Counted from the stretch's first letter, positions 1-35,232 are shown. The stretch: DNA of 64,000 nucleotides from the human T2T-CHM13v2.0 reference genome, Homo sapiens (GCF_009914755.1 NC_060940.1), one strand, 5' to 3'. Numbers and translations are program-made. Notes: generated by a model not told the origin, from the sequence alone.

Positions 1-1560
1 CCTAGTTGCAGGTATCTTCTCGGTGGCCCGTGTTGTCATTCAGAAGGAGCAAAGTTTTCCTCAGTTCTTTAACAAGTGCTTTGAGTTGGGCATTTGATTT
101 GACTGTTTCAGGCCTGAGTTAAGGGGCTTTATGCTCCTCATGATATATACGTAACATTTTCTTTAGTGCATCGGACCTTGTTTCATTCTGAGAACAAGAA
201 AATAGAATAGGAGTTACAGTTGGTACATAGCAGCTTCATAAATATTCTAAGCAATGCCTTCTTCCCGGTCTGCCTTGAGAGACCGTATGTCGAAGTGCGT
301 GCTTTCTGCAGTCTGCCTTGAGAGACCCTGTGTCGAAGTGAATGCTTTCTCACTCCCACTTAGTTTTTGAGAAAATGCTTTCTCACTCCCCACTTAGTTT
401 TTTCTTTCCAAGTCAGAGAATTTGCCGAGTTATTCTCAGAGCTTCAGGCTTCCGTGAGTGACTTTCACCATTAATCCACCCTACAGCAGCAAGATTGGGA
501 GCCACTTCCCATATAAATACAAAACATACATTCCTGCTCTCACTCCCGTGTTCTCGCCCTGCTTCAACTTTGAAGGATTGGCCACTTCATCTTAATTTGT
601 TATTCTACCTTGATCTCTGATTTATTTTCTAGGAAGCCCTTAGAAAGCTTTTGTATCAGGAATTGAACCAAACCACGTGGGTTCAAGTTGTAATTTCATT
701 TTCCTGTACTGAGGAGCTGTTCTCAGACTTTGCCAAATGGTATCTAAATATTTTGGGCATACTTATGCTCAGGACTAAGTTTCTGTGTTGGCTCTGACCA
801 CCATTCTTGGTTGCAAGTAAACTGTTAGTTTGGTAGTTGAACAACATTGTTGGTGAGGACTCTGGATGGCCTTTAATGCCTGAGTGCTCACTTTTGGCCT
901 GGGAAGAGGATGTACATCCATGGAGATGAAGGACCTAACAGCAATATGTTTAACTGCTAAGGTTCTTTAATTTTAGCAAATATTTTGGTTAAAATGTTGA
1001 ACTTGGCTGGGTGTGGTGGCTCATGCCTGTAATCCCAGCACTTTGGGACGTTGAGGGAGGTAGGTCACTTGAGGTCAGGAGTTTGAGACCAGCCTAGGCA
1101 ACGTAGCGAAACCCTGTCTCTACTAAAACCAAAACCAAAAAATTAGCCATGCCTAGTGGCACACACCTGAAGTCCCAGCTACTTGGGAGGCTGAGGTAGG
1201 CGAATCACCTGAGCTGGGGAAGTTGAGGCTGCAGTGAGCCATGATGGTGCCACTGTGTACTCCAGCCTGGGCAGTGGGACTGAGACCCTGTCTCAAAAAA
1301 ATAAAATACAAAATCAAAGTTTTTTGTTTTAAAGTTGAACTATTATAAGCCTAAATTTCCCTACCCATAGTTACTTTGGAACCTGTACAAATCATAATTG
1401 AGCTTGAGCTTCTGCTTGGTGATATGACACTTTTGGTAGCCAATTCTCATGAAATAGAAGTGGCAGGCACATAGAAAATGGGGAAGGCGCCAGGCGCAGT
1501 GGCTCAAGCCTGTAATCCCAGCATGTTGGGAGGCTGAGGCAGGCGGATCACTTGAGGTCA

Positions 1561-1845
<285 letters not shown>

Positions 1846-1986
1846 TCACCATGCAGAGAACCCCACCTGGCTTCCTTCTCCTGTCTCCCAACCTCCCCAA
1901 GCCTTGATGTGCCTTTTGTTTGGGATGGTGTGAGATCAGGGACCACAGATCACACTCTTCTGGCTTTTTTTACTTATTGCTGTTGA

Positions 1987-2239
<253 letters not shown>

Positions 2240-2746
2240 TGATCCGCCCACCTCGACCTCTCAGTGCTGGGTTTACAGACGTGAGCCACCACACCCGGCC
2301 TAAGAGAAATGAATTCTGACCCTAGCTTTGTTGTGTGAATAATGTCATTGGTACAATACAGTATAACTTCTCAGATTTCAGAGCCACCTAATCAAGCTGC
2401 AATATGTACCCTTTCACTTCAGAAGTGAGTTAATTATCAGGGAGGAAATGTCTGTAACAGGTCTGAGATCCTAACACAGGCACAATGAAGAATCGAATGC
2501 CATTTTTTCACATTTTGTTACCACCTGTGTCCCACTTAGTAACCTTCTTCTCTGCTATGAAGCTTGGTAAGGTTTAGGACCCTGACCTTTCTGCCATCAT
2601 TTCTACCTACTAATGTGGAATGCTGAATGTGAATACAGGCCGAGTCATGCCGTGACACGTAGCTCCAGGGAGGGACGATAGCAGCTTGGCAGGATTGTCT
2701 TTTCCTTCTGGAGCATGCCTGATACACTGGGTAATTTTGAAAATTA

Positions 2747-3071
<325 letters not shown>

Positions 3072-3184
3072 TTAGCCTGGAAAGCTCTTTTGAATAGAAA
3101 CAACTCCAGAGTCTAGTGGACATGGGCTACTCAGGTCTAGAATCTGTGTCTTGGGCTTTGATAGACTACTCGTGTCTTTTCTAG

Positions 3185-17838
<14,654 letters not shown>

Positions 17839-19992
17839 TGCCACCAGGGCAGCCTCACCTCCTCCCCATCATCTTGTCCTAGAGTGGGCGTCACCTTGGA
17901 GCTTCTCTTCCTTCCGCCTCTGTTCCTCTTCTGGAGCCTTTGCCTCCCATCTCTTATCTCCTTGATATAATTTTGAACTTGACCTACTTTAAACTTTTTT
18001 GCTCTGCAGCCTTCCTTGCCCTTCCACCTCCTCCTCCTAATATTCACTCTGGGCTCTTCTTCCCTTCCCACCCCTCACTCAGCTTCTCGTGGTGGCAGGA
18101 GGTATGTCTGACAGGACAGAAGCAAGCTCCACTGTGGACATGAGTGATGGTGACAGCTGCTTTCAAATTCTGCATCTCAAGGCAGGGCAAGCCGGGGTGG
18201 TGCAGGTCTCAGGGCACGAGTCCCTCTCCCTTGGGTTCCATTTTCTTGGAGCAGCCTATTAGTTCTGGTGGGGTTGCCGTGTGTCGGATGCAACCCTGAG
18301 GGGCAGCTCGTGCCTGCAGCCCGGCAGCTCGTTCTCCTGTTCTGCTGTGCTGTGGGCTGGCACTCGATACCTCTGGCAAGAGGATGATCATCTACCTCAC
18401 TGATAAGAGGCATCGCATGGACGTTCTCTGGTCTGTAGTGGAGACAAGCAGTTAACCTAGCACCATCCTCATCCTCTCTGCAGAAGCCATTAGCAGACCT
18501 TTGGGCCAGGGCAGCCTCCCTATAATTTTCTTCATCTCTTGCTAATCTCTATAATAAGGTTGCTTTTTCTTTCTTAGTTGAGTAAACAAGTAAGCCACAG
18601 TGTTTGAAAGGAAAAAACCATGTTGCCTTGTGTGTTGCTTTTCCCAGTCAAAAGGGTCTGACCTTAGAAAGTCCCCACCAGTGATGCTGAGTGTTCTGCT
18701 ATGGAAACAATGCTGCTTTTCTCTCAGCTGTCCAAAGTTCAGCCGTTCCTCCTTCCCCTTCTCCCAGTGCGTTTGACTTTGTCAGGTCAGCCTCACTTGT
18801 CCCTTTCACAGTTGGCCCATAAAGTCATGTTTCTCTCCCTTTAGAATAGGGAGGGGAAGGGATCAGGTGTGTTGTCCTGGGCCTTTCAACCTTGCGGGCT
18901 GTGCTGAGTTCCAGAGAGCTGCCGGAATTCCAGGTTTGACTCTCCAGCACAGAGCAGAGCTACACAGAGGTGACCCACGTTAGTCCACTGAGAGTTCTGA
19001 GTCCAAAGGGTGTACGTTGCATAAGGCTAGAGACCGCTTTTCCTCCTTTCCCCCCAGGCTCTTTGTTTCCCTCCACCCACCCTTCCATATCCTCTGGAGC
19101 AGGAGACAATGTGGGTGCCCAGAAGTGCCCTGCGCTTTCAGGCAGTGTCTCTGTTTTCCCAAGGTGAAACTTAGATATCATGGACTGTTGTCCAGCCTCA
19201 ATGCTTCATTTTCCCCTTGCATATCAACTGCCCTAATCTGACTTTTTTTAAGTGCAAATAAACTGCTATAAGACATTTTGGTTAGTAAAACTCTAGCCTT
19301 TGGCGTGTTGGTATCTTGGAAGCATTAGCTCTGATAGGTCTATAAGTGTATTAAGGGACATCCTTCCATTTCATTAGAGCAGCTTAAAATGCTCAGGTGT
19401 CTGCCTTCTCTGGTGTTTCTTTGGGATCTCTGTTTACCCACTTACGCTGGCTCCTTCTAGACATTTCTTGCCACTTCCCCAACTAGACCACTCCTAGTGA
19501 TTACTGACTTTAGTGCCCACCTTTTTGGAAGGTTCTGGTTGGCTTGTTAGAGGAGCATATGATTAGAATTCTGTTTGGGGGTCTAGTTGTCTTGGAGCAA
19601 GTATGTACTTAACTAGCCGAGAGATGCTGCCTCTAGGCAGAGAGGAGGAGAGGTGTTGCCGGCTGGAGGGCCAACCAGTGAACACCAGCTGTGAAGGCCT
19701 TGGGAGAGGAGGAACAGGCCCTTGGGCAGATGCAGGCATTACCAGCAGGGAGCAGACTTACCTCCGAAGATGGAGACAGGTGACTGAGAGCTGCAGGCCT
19801 CCTCTGCTCTTCCAAACACGTAGCATTTGCACCCCTCCAAAGCCATCTTTGTAAAGGAAAACGTATTTGTAATTGAATCCAGAAGAATTTAGTTACACAT
19901 AGACATAACTCTTCAACCTTAACTATGGCAATACATTTGTGCTTTAACTGTTACATAGCAGTATCACCACTTACCAGGATCCAAATCGAAAT

Positions 19993-19998
19993 AATAAA
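19993..19998 (+). terminator. Candidate proximal polyadenylation signal of PDPR
   Basis: AATAAA within the 3'UTR. Confidence 0.4.
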
Positions 19999-22047
19999 AG
20001 CTGTCTCCATAGTTTAAAATCGAATAGTGCCATCATCACAGTATATTAGTCAAATAGAAGCTTCATCAGAAATGTATCCCACATAGAGTTTTAAGACTTG
20101 GATTCTCTTCTGCCCTTGTTAATCTCCAACTAATTACTACAGATTGACACGTTTTTAATTAGCTGTCCTTTGTAAGAAGTCAGGAAATCTGATGCTGTGT
20201 CCAAAATTATGCACTGTTTGTTGAAGTAGAACCAGAAATCCTGACCTCCTGTTAAATGACATCAGTTTCCCCCTCTGAGCAACAGACTGCTTGTCTTGCT
20301 AGGAGAGGAGGATGGGGGGCTGAGCACTCAGGCTGTCCATTGAAACCCCTTGTCCATGAATAGGGTCATACTCCTAAGACTGATGGGGTGTTGATCTTCT
20401 AGGACATCACTTGTTTATTCAGTGCCCCAAACACAGATTTCTCTTCTAGCACTTTAGAGTTGATCCTTGAAGTCTCTCCTGGTTCATTCAAATACAAGCT
20501 GTGTGAGTCTGGTGGTTTTCTGTGATTGGTCTAATGTGAACTCTTTGAACAGACAGATCTGACAGTGAATGACTCTCCCCTGCTTCTGGCATAACTGCTT
20601 TGCCTCTGTCTAGTGTCCAAGCATCTTAGCTGTTCAAGAGGAGAGGGCAGCATAACTTCCTGACCACCGGTGTCAGATATCAGAGCATTCTGGACTCCTG
20701 AGAGGCAGTGGCCTCTTGAGTGAACAGGGGAGGCCAGTAGATGCCCCAGATCCAGAGCCGTGGCTGCAAATCCAGCAGGAATAAGGAGGGACAACCACAG
20801 CCTCCTCATCCATGTGTCATTTCCAAGGGTTTGCCTTGTGTCTCAGCTCATTCTGGGCAGCACGTTTGTCTTCTGTCCCTAGAGATTTGAAGGATTTTGG
20901 ACTCTTGTGAATGGGTGACTGGACTTGGCTTTACAGAGTTGGGTGCTTTTTTCTCTCTGCAATTACCTGTCATAGCATTTTGTGCTCACCACGAAGGATG
21001 GTCTCTGCCTTCTCTTGTCGGTGTATGCCATCTGAACCTAGGAACACAAAGTATATTGGCCTCAAACGGAGACCCAGGGTTGCCAGTTTTCCGTGGGCCT
21101 TCCCCTCCCTTGAAATGTCTTTAATTACCTCCCCTTCATCGTCAGGCCACGTGTGACTTCTGTTCTTAGCACTGCCAGGGTCATTGACTTCCATCTAAGC
21201 TTGCATCAGGAAGATGTTCCTTCTGTGATCATTGGTACTGAAGCCAGAAAAGCTCTCATTCAGGAACTCTGAAGAGCAAAAAGGGACAAACACTAACTGC
21301 TGAGCTGGGCCATTTGATCTCCTTTCACCTTGCATTGCTGTCACAGCACCTTGTATGATGGCAGGACAGGCTCCAGCAGAGAGAACTGCACAGTGACCAC
21401 TGTATTTTTCACGCTCTTCCAGGGATCCCTGTCCCCCGACATTGAAGAGATCTCATTCAGGCCAGAGACACAGAGACCACATAGCCCAGTGATTAAACCC
21501 CGGTTTCACTCTGGCCCCAGGAGTGGAGCCTGGCCACTCCTGTTTGGTTCTCACTGGGAGGCCCACTGGCCTTGGATCATCTCCTCATGCACACCCGGAG
21601 TTTTACCTGCTTGCTTGCTTTCCTGGACTGCTGTTTGCAAGAAAGTAACTAAAACATGAAAAGTAAACCTCCAGCTTCCACAGTATATTACCTGCCGTTG
21701 CATGCATTTGAAAGTTAACCTCCTCCCTTGCCACCGTCTTGGTGGCAGTAGCGATGCAAGAATGATGGGAGCTTTCCGAGAGCGTTCAGTGTTTCACTGA
21801 AGACAGGACCCATAGCCTTCATTTCTGGCTCTGTGTCTCCTCTGGCATATGGACACATTTCCTGGCATTTGCCTGAGTCTACACCACTTTTTGAGAACCT
21901 GAAATAGAAGGGAATCTTCTGTGGCCCACAGTCTCCATATTGGCCCTAGAAGACTGGCCTGGCGGAGGAATTTGCGTTGGCTTGCTTTCAGGGGTTAGCT
22001 ACAAGATTCAGCTTTATATCTCTGTTGCTTCTTGGCCAGTGTAGTCA

Positions 22048-22279
<232 letters not shown>

Positions 22280-22294
22280 TCAACAGTGCTTAAT

Positions 22295-22300
22295 AATAAA
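22295..22300 (+). terminator. Candidate polyadenylation signal of PDPR
   Basis: AATAAA 15 nt downstream of the second target-site duplication of an Alu. Confidence 0.5.
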
Positions 22301-23471
22301 TAAGAACCTCCTGCCATTCTAATTTTCCTGCTGCACCCCATCCCCCACACACCCCTCACGAACATTGATATAAGCAGTATTAACACAGTATAAAGAATGT
22401 TCACCTTGCATATGTCATTTCAGGCACATGGATTCAGGAGAAGCACAGTTGAGTGGAAGAAATGGTAGACTTGTGAGGCTTGCCCCAGGCCTTGTGTACA
22501 CGCAATAAGTGGTGAGCCATGGGTCTCTCCGTCAGCGCCTCCCTCCCCGCCACCACTTCAGGCCAACAATTTAAGGTGCTGAGTTGTAAGGCTCCTCCAT
22601 TGTCAGTACAGGGCTCGCCTTTGTAGCCCTGATCACTAGCAGTACACTTTTCAAGACAACTGAGTATTTTTGTATGCCTTTGCCTTCCCTTTGTCCATGA
22701 AACATGAAGAGTTGTTTATGGTTCTTGACTTCTCTGAGCAGAGTGTCTGCATCTCTTGGAGAGTTACACATTTCTTCATGAGCCATTTTTCTCATTCTTA
22801 GATGCACCTGTTTTTATCCTTTGCAGACCATCTTCTGCCTTCTTATTTTCCTGTCTGTCAAAGACAGAAATTACAGGAGATAGGGAGGGTTTTTTAGCAT
22901 CTCTTTCAAAAGATGTATGTCAGAATTTCCTTTGCACACCAAGAACTGGAGCTTAGAGCCCCACTATTCTCTAAGCCAGGTTCTAGTGCCTTACACTCCA
23001 GAATGTCAGATGGTGGGTGCAGATTGGAAGAAAGAGAAAAGTTCATCTCGGTGTGTGGGTTCCCATCCGCCCCACATAGCCTCTCCTTCTTCGGAACAAT
23101 GGGCGTGGGGTAGAAAGCTCTTTCAGTGAAGGGTGTTCTAGCAGCTCAGTTAACACTTTACTCTCCAGTCAACACTTGGGACATATAAAAATGCCATTGT
23201 AACTACTGTAGAGTCCTGTGACTCATCGTTTGTGTTTGTCAATGTGCAGTTCAGCTTAGCCCTTCCCTGTTCCTGTGTAGTTACAATCTGGCCCTGAAGA
23301 CATCCGAGGCACTTCAGTAAGTGGGATCTTTTCTAGAGATCCTGGGTGACTTTGGGTGCACAGGGTGACCGAGCATTTCTGCCCCTGTGAATGTGGCACT
23401 AACACTGTGCACTGTCTCCACCAAGCAAGGTTTCCACTGAGTTTCTTCTCATGTTACTGGGTTTGTAAATG

Positions 23472-23477
23472 AATAAA
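23472..23477 (+). terminator. Candidate distal polyadenylation signal of PDPR
   Basis: AATAAA with upstream TGTA (gtttgtaaat) and downstream GT-rich sequence. Confidence 0.6.
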
Positions 23478-24143
23478 CACATTTTAACTACTCTTGCACG
23501 GCTGCTTGTGAAATGTTCTTCATCTGTAGTGACTTAAATGTGTTTGCCACCACAAAGCATAAACAGCGTGCAGAGGAGAGTGTGTACCTCCCTGTGTGTA
23601 CCAGTGTGAGGGAGGATTTGGGGACGGGGGTAGAGAAGATGTAGGTGTTTATCTTACCCTCCCTGCAGCGCTGGAGTGGCTGGTGGTAAAAGCTTCCCGC
23701 CTCCTGAAATTCCGACCGGCCATCTGCCTACAGCTGACCTCAGGAGGAACCTGCCACCTGATGTTCCACACGGGCACGTGTGCACTCAGGTTTGTGTGGA
23801 AAGCAAGGGGGGTCGTGTTCTCACCCTGTGGAAACAACCCTGAGAGAAACAACCAGTGCTCTTTTTCTACACCAGCTTCCATCCACAAGTTGGTCCCTGG
23901 ACTTGACCTGTTCACTAATTTTTTTTTTTGAGGCAGAGTCTTGCTCTTTTGCCCAGGCTGGAGTACAGTGGTGTGATCTTGGCTTACTGCAACCTCCACT
24001 CCCAGGTTCAAGTGATTTCCTGCCTTAGCCTCCAGAGTAGCTGGGATTACAGGCACGCGCCACCATGCCCAGCTAATTTTTGTATTTTCGTAGAGACGGG
24101 GTTTCGCCAGGTTGGCCAGGCTGGTCTCAAACCCCCAACCTCA

Positions 24144-24239
<96 letters not shown>

Positions 24240-24995
24240 TTAAGTATTTGTACTTTTGAGAATCTCATAGGTTAACATGTTTACAACAATCTCTTCATCT
24301 TGTCTTCTAAATCAGCCCCTTCTATTCCAGTTCCAGGAATAGTCAACCACGCCAGAAACCTGGGACTCACCTGGTCTCCCCACTCGCCTCTCCCTACACC
24401 TCCCGCTCATTACCCAGCCTCACAGGGCTGTCTCCTCAGTGCCTCTCCTCTGTTCGGACCTCACTGTCCCCACCACTGCTGCTGTGGCAGAGAGGGTTGT
24501 CAGCCCTGACTTCGAGAACAATCTCTTACTGATTTTCCTGCTTCTCATGTCATCCCCCCTCCCTCTGCAGGGTTGTCTTTGTAAAACAGGGGAGGTCAAT
24601 TTACTCACTGCCTTGAAACCCTCAAGGGACTCCCCTTTGTCGTGAGACAAAGCTCTCAGTCCTTAGCCTGGCCAGCCAGGGTCTCCAGGGTGTGGCAGGC
24701 CACGCTGCCCCAGGGCTCCGGCCTGCGCTGCGTGTGATGTGGGTCCTGCAGCCGAGTGCGTGCTCGCCATCCACAGCTGGATCTCACCTCGAATCCTGCT
24801 TTCCAGTCACACTGAGAGGTCTCCCACTCCCATATTTGCTCACTAAAATGCCTCCTGGCAGCCCTCCCCTGTGCTTGTGGAAAGTCGCAAATTGAGGATC
24901 ACATGAACCCCCACTCCCCCAAGTTGTCCTGACAGAGACCTCCTGTCTTTCATTTGATTGATTGATTGAGACGGAGTTTTGTTCTTCTTGCTTAG

Positions 24996-25193
<198 letters not shown>

Positions 25194-25674
25194 TGATCAA
25201 CCCACCTCAGCCTCCCAAAGTGCTGGGATTACAGGTGTGAGCCACAGTGCCTGGCCCCTCCTGTCTTTCAAAAGCTCTGCCCAAGACCACCATCATCCCA
25301 CAGTGGAGCCTTTCCTTCCCCAAGAGAATGGCCCCTTTGGGGTCCTCACACACCCGTTTCTGATGTGTCTTTATTTGGTTATCTGCCCTGCTCCTTCTGT
25401 AAGTCCCTCGGAGAAAGACTCGAATTCTCCCAAACTCCAACACCTCACATGGTGTTTGGTGTTTAACAGATGATTAAATGAATGGGCAAAAAGTGGAGGG
25501 CAAAATCTTTAAAATGTCTTTTAAGATTTAAGGATTTTAGGCCAGGTGCGGTGGCTCACACCTGTAATCCCAGCACTTTGGAATGCCGAGGCGGGCGGAT
25601 CACCTGAGGTTGGGAATTCGAGACCAGCCTGACCAACATGGAGAAACCTTGTCTCTACTAAAAATACAAAATTA

Positions 25675-25815
<141 letters not shown>

Positions 25816-25907
25816 TCAAAAAGAAAAAAAGATTTAAGGATTTTAAATGTTTGATTTTTTTTTCTTGTTGAGATAGAGTCTTGCTTTGTCGCCAGGCTGG
25901 AGTGTAG

Positions 25908-26030
<123 letters not shown>

Positions 26031-26207
26031 TAGTAGATACCGGGTTTCACCATGTTGACCAGCATGGTCTCGATCTCCTGACCTTATGATCTGCCCACCT
26101 CAGCCTCCCAAAGTGCTGGGATTACAGGCGTGAGCCACCGCGCCCGGCCTGAAAATTTTTAAATGATTGTTTGCCGACTTTACAACAGGACGATGTTGTT
26201 GTTCGCA

Positions 26208-26225
26208 GGCCAGTAGGTGGCGCTG
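26208..26225 (+). promoter_or_regulatory. CTCF-binding motif between PDPR and CLEC18
   Basis: GGCCAGTAGGTGGCGCTG closely matches the CTCF core CCASYAGRKGGCRS in unique sequence. Confidence 0.65.
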
Positions 26226-27959
26226 TGGCACGTGATCTGAGCCTCCTGGATTCACACAACTGTTCATGTGGAGAACCCAGTGCCGGGACCCATTAGCACC
26301 CCAGTCAGGCTATGCGTCTCCCTCCCAAGGGTGCTCACCTGGTGTGGCCTTCATGGCACAGGGGGAGTGAGATGAGGCTCCTTTAGTACACCCTCCCCTG
26401 AGAAGAGCGACGTGTGCTTACCCTCCAGTGGCTTGTTCTCATGAAAGGCTCCACAGTTAGGGACCTTCAGATGCTTAGATCTGGGGTGTCACCTGACTCA
26501 AGCAGCTCAGAATCCCAGATTGTTGTGGTGGGTCAAGGGCATGGGGCTTTGGGTTTACTGGCCTGGGTCTGAATGCCAGCATTGCCTCTTCCTTGGTGTA
26601 TAGGACCTTGGGTGGTTACTTTTCCTAGGCCTCTGTTTACTTGTTTTAAAATGGACAGTGATGCCTACTTTATAGGGTTGTTATGAAACTCAACTAATGA
26701 ATATAAAATACTCGACCCAGACTGGCATGGTGGTTCACGCCTGTAATCCCAACACTGGGAGGCCAAGGTGGGAGGATCTCTTGAGCCCAGGAGTTCAAGA
26801 CCAGCCTGGGCAACTTAGGGAGACCCCGTCTCTACCAAAAATAAAAAAATTAGCCAGGTATAGTGGTGTGTGCCTGTAGTACTAGCTACCCGGGAGGCAG
26901 AGGTGAAAGGATCGCTTCAGCCCAGAAGTTCAAGACTGCAATGAGCCGTGATCATGCCACCGCACTCCAGCCTGGGTGACAGATCAAGGCCCTGTCTCAA
27001 AAAATAAATTAACAGGTCGGGCGCAGTGGCTCACGCCTGTAATCCCAGCACTTTGGGAGGCTGAGGCAGGAGGATCGCTTGAGCCCAGGAGTTCAAGACA
27101 AGCCTGGGCAACTTAGGGAGACCCCGTCTCTACCAAAAATAAAAAAATTAGCCAGGTAGAGTGGTACGTGCCTATAGTTCCAGTTACCCGGGAGGCTGAG
27201 GTGAAAGGATCGCTTCAGCCCAGAAGTTCAAGACTGCAATGAGCCATGATCGCGCCACTGCACTCCAGCCTGGGTGACAGATCAAGGCCCTGTCTCAAAA
27301 AATAATTAATTAAATACTTGACCCATTGCACGATCTTTCCATGCACGACAGCTGCTCTTCTATTATTCTTCCAGGATGAGCTGCACAGCCTGCCCCCTTG
27401 GGTTTCCAGGTTGTGGGAGATGAGCAAAACTGAATGACCTCAGTAGGCCAAGAGCAAAGGATGTGGGTCCGGACCTGGTGGCCAGTTGCTTGTGACAGGA
27501 GCTGGGCTGGAGTCCCCAAGTGCCACTAGTGCTGACATCTTTTAACTGTGTTCATTGTGACTTGTTTATTTCTAAAAGTAACCACTGGCGCCTTGGTGCA
27601 GATGGAACTCCAGGTGCATGCGGTGAGTTAACCATGGTCTGGGGAGCTTTGTTTCCACGCCTAGGACATGCATCTGTGTGCATGATATGTGAGCTGATAT
27701 AGCCATGCCTCTGGTGATTTGAACGCCTGCGCTTCCCAGCTGCTTCAGGGCCCTGAACATCGCTGGATGTTTGTACTTCATTCCCTCCTCAGCCCAGCTG
27801 GTCCCACTCCGCAGCTGTGCTCTAGGCATTTCATCTCAACTGGGTGATATATTTGAATACAGCAATTATAAGAACAGCAACCTCAGAAGAACATCTGGCA
27901 TCCAGACCTCCCCAGCCTAGTTCCACAAGGTACCAACTTCCGTAAGCCTTGAAGAGCTA

Positions 27960-28289
<330 letters not shown>

Positions 28290-28592
28290 TCAGCTCTTGG
28301 CATGTTCTTTTCCTTTGCTACCAGCTTTTGAAACTGAAGTGTAGCAGAGTCATGAACCAGACTTTGAAACATGAACCAGACAGAGAAACATTTTAAGAAG
28401 TAGCGGCTGACCAGGAGTTGGAGATTGCAGTGCACTATGATTGCACCTATGAATAGCCACTGCACTCCAGCCTGGGCAACAGAGTGAGACCCCTATCTAA
28501 AAAAAAGAAAAAGAAGGGCCAGGCACGGTGGCTCATGATTGTAATCCCAGCACTTTGGGAGGCCAAGGCAGGTGGATCACAAGGTCAGATCA

Positions 28593-29123
<531 letters not shown>

Positions 29124-29249
29124 CTATCGTCCTACCTGCTCAGGAGGCTGAGGCATGAGGATGGCTTGAGCCCAGGAATTCGAGGCTACTCAGCAATTAT
29201 GGTACCACTGCACTCCAGCCTGGGTGACAAAGTGAGACCCTCAAATAAA

Positions 29250-31045
<1,796 letters not shown>

Positions 31046-31055
31046 TGTATTCGTT

Positions 31056-31390
31056 TGCTAGGACTGCCATACAAGGTACCACACACTGGGTGGCTTAAAA
31101 AACAGAATGTATTTTCTCAGAGTTCTGGAGGCATAAAGGCCAGGATCAAGGTGCCGGGGGGTTGGTTCCCTCTGAGGACCTCTCTCCTTGGCTTGTCTAC
31201 AGCCGCCTTCTCCCTATGTCTTCACAGGATCTTCCCTCTGTGTGTCTCTTCTTATAATGAGGCCAGTCAGACTGGATCAGGACCCACCCCAGTGACCTCA
31301 TTTAACTTTAATTACCTCTTTAAAGACCCTATCTCTAAATACAGTGACACGGAGGTAATGGAGGTAGGACTTCAACATACTAATTTGGGG
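31056..31390 (-). mobile_element. MaLR LTR (MLT1A-like)
   Basis: tgtattcgtttgctaggactgcc...gggtggcttaaa...ttctggagg...gacctcatttaactttaattacctctttaaagaccctatctctaaatacagt. Confidence 0.8.
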
Positions 31391-31689
31391 CTGGTTGTGG
31401 TGGCTCACGCCTATAATCCCAGCAGATGACTTGAGCTTTGAGACCAGCCTGGGCAACATGGGGAAGGCCCATCTCTACTAAAAATACAAAAATTACCTGG
31501 CATGGTGGCGCACACCCACAGTCCAGCTACTCAGGAGCTTGAGGTAGGAGGATGGCTTGAGCCTGGGATGTGGAGGTCAAAGCCCCAGAAGCAGAGGTCA
31601 CAGTGAACCAAAATTGTGCCACTGCATTCCAGCTGGGCAACAGAGCCAGACTTCGTCTCAAGAAAAATTTAAAAATCAAATAGACATGA

Positions 31690-32265
<576 letters not shown>

Positions 32266-32884
32266 TGAGCTACTACGCCTGGCCTGGACATGTAATTTTT
32301 AAAAGAAAATGTGGCCACAACTCTCCTAGAGTTAAATGTTTTTTTTGTTTGTTTGTTTGTTTGTTTTTTGAGACCATCAACAAGATTTCAAGGCTTTAAA
32401 GAAAGGAGCTGCTTCAGGAAGAGATAAAATGACTCAAACGCTATAACCTTCAAATGTAGACTGGGAGAAGAGGTATCAGCTATGCATGAGCTGGAGAGGG
32501 GTGGGATAGATAGAGACACAGGTGATAAAGAAAATATAGCAAAATGTGAATCCTACAATCTGGGTGGTGGATGTAAACCCTGTAGTAGCCTCACCTGGGG
32601 AAAGCTGCCTTGCAACAATGAGGCTGCCCATTCTCCAAACCCACCCCAGCCACCGAGCAGGCTCCACTAAAAAGTCTGAACCCAGGAGGGAGTACCATGG
32701 AAACCAAGTTGCAATGCCCTGGTTAGGGGCCCAGCAGAGGGGTCATCCCAGCTCTACGCCATTGGATACTGAGTTTCAGGAGTGGGAGTGCCATCCTCAG
32801 GGTCACACAGCGTGTCGGTTCCAGCCTAGGTCTTCCAGTGTCTCATTAATCTTTTATCCACTCAGCTTCTCTTCTGGCCCATGA

Positions 32885-33433
<549 letters not shown>

Positions 33434-33574
33434 TGAATTAAAGCGTTGGGAATGGGAAGGCAGAGACCTTGGATTAGCTGGGATGCTCCATGCACTCGCT
33501 GAGTGACCTTGGACAAGCCCCTTAGACACACTAAGCCCGTTTCCTCATCTACACGACGGGCATCCCATCTGCTA

Positions 33575-33790
<216 letters not shown>

Positions 33791-34051
33791 TTAGCCAGGC
33801 ATGGTGGCACACACCTGGTCCCAGCTCCTTGGGAGGCTGAGGTGGGAGGATCACTTGGGCCCAAGAGGTCAAGGCTGCAGTGAGCTGAGATTATAACACT
33901 CCAACCTGAGTGGCAGAGTGAAACTGTCTAAAAAATAAAAATAAAAATACATCAAAAAACAGGTAGCTATTAAGCATTGCTAGGACCCACACGCAGTGAC
34001 CCTGAGGGTGCTGGGTTTCTGTTTGAGGGAGAAGAAACTCCTGAGCCCCTA

Positions 34052-35150
<1,099 letters not shown>

Positions 35151-35232
35151 TGCCAGCGCCAACAGGAGGCTGTCTGGACACACTGATTACTCACTCACCA
35201 GCCTCCCTCTTTTGTCCACCAGCCCAGCCTGA

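Noticed and set aside
21330-21659. 109-aa ORF in the PDPR 3'UTR
   Set aside because: Starts at TTG rather than ATG, has no recognisable domain, and lies downstream of the PDPR stop.
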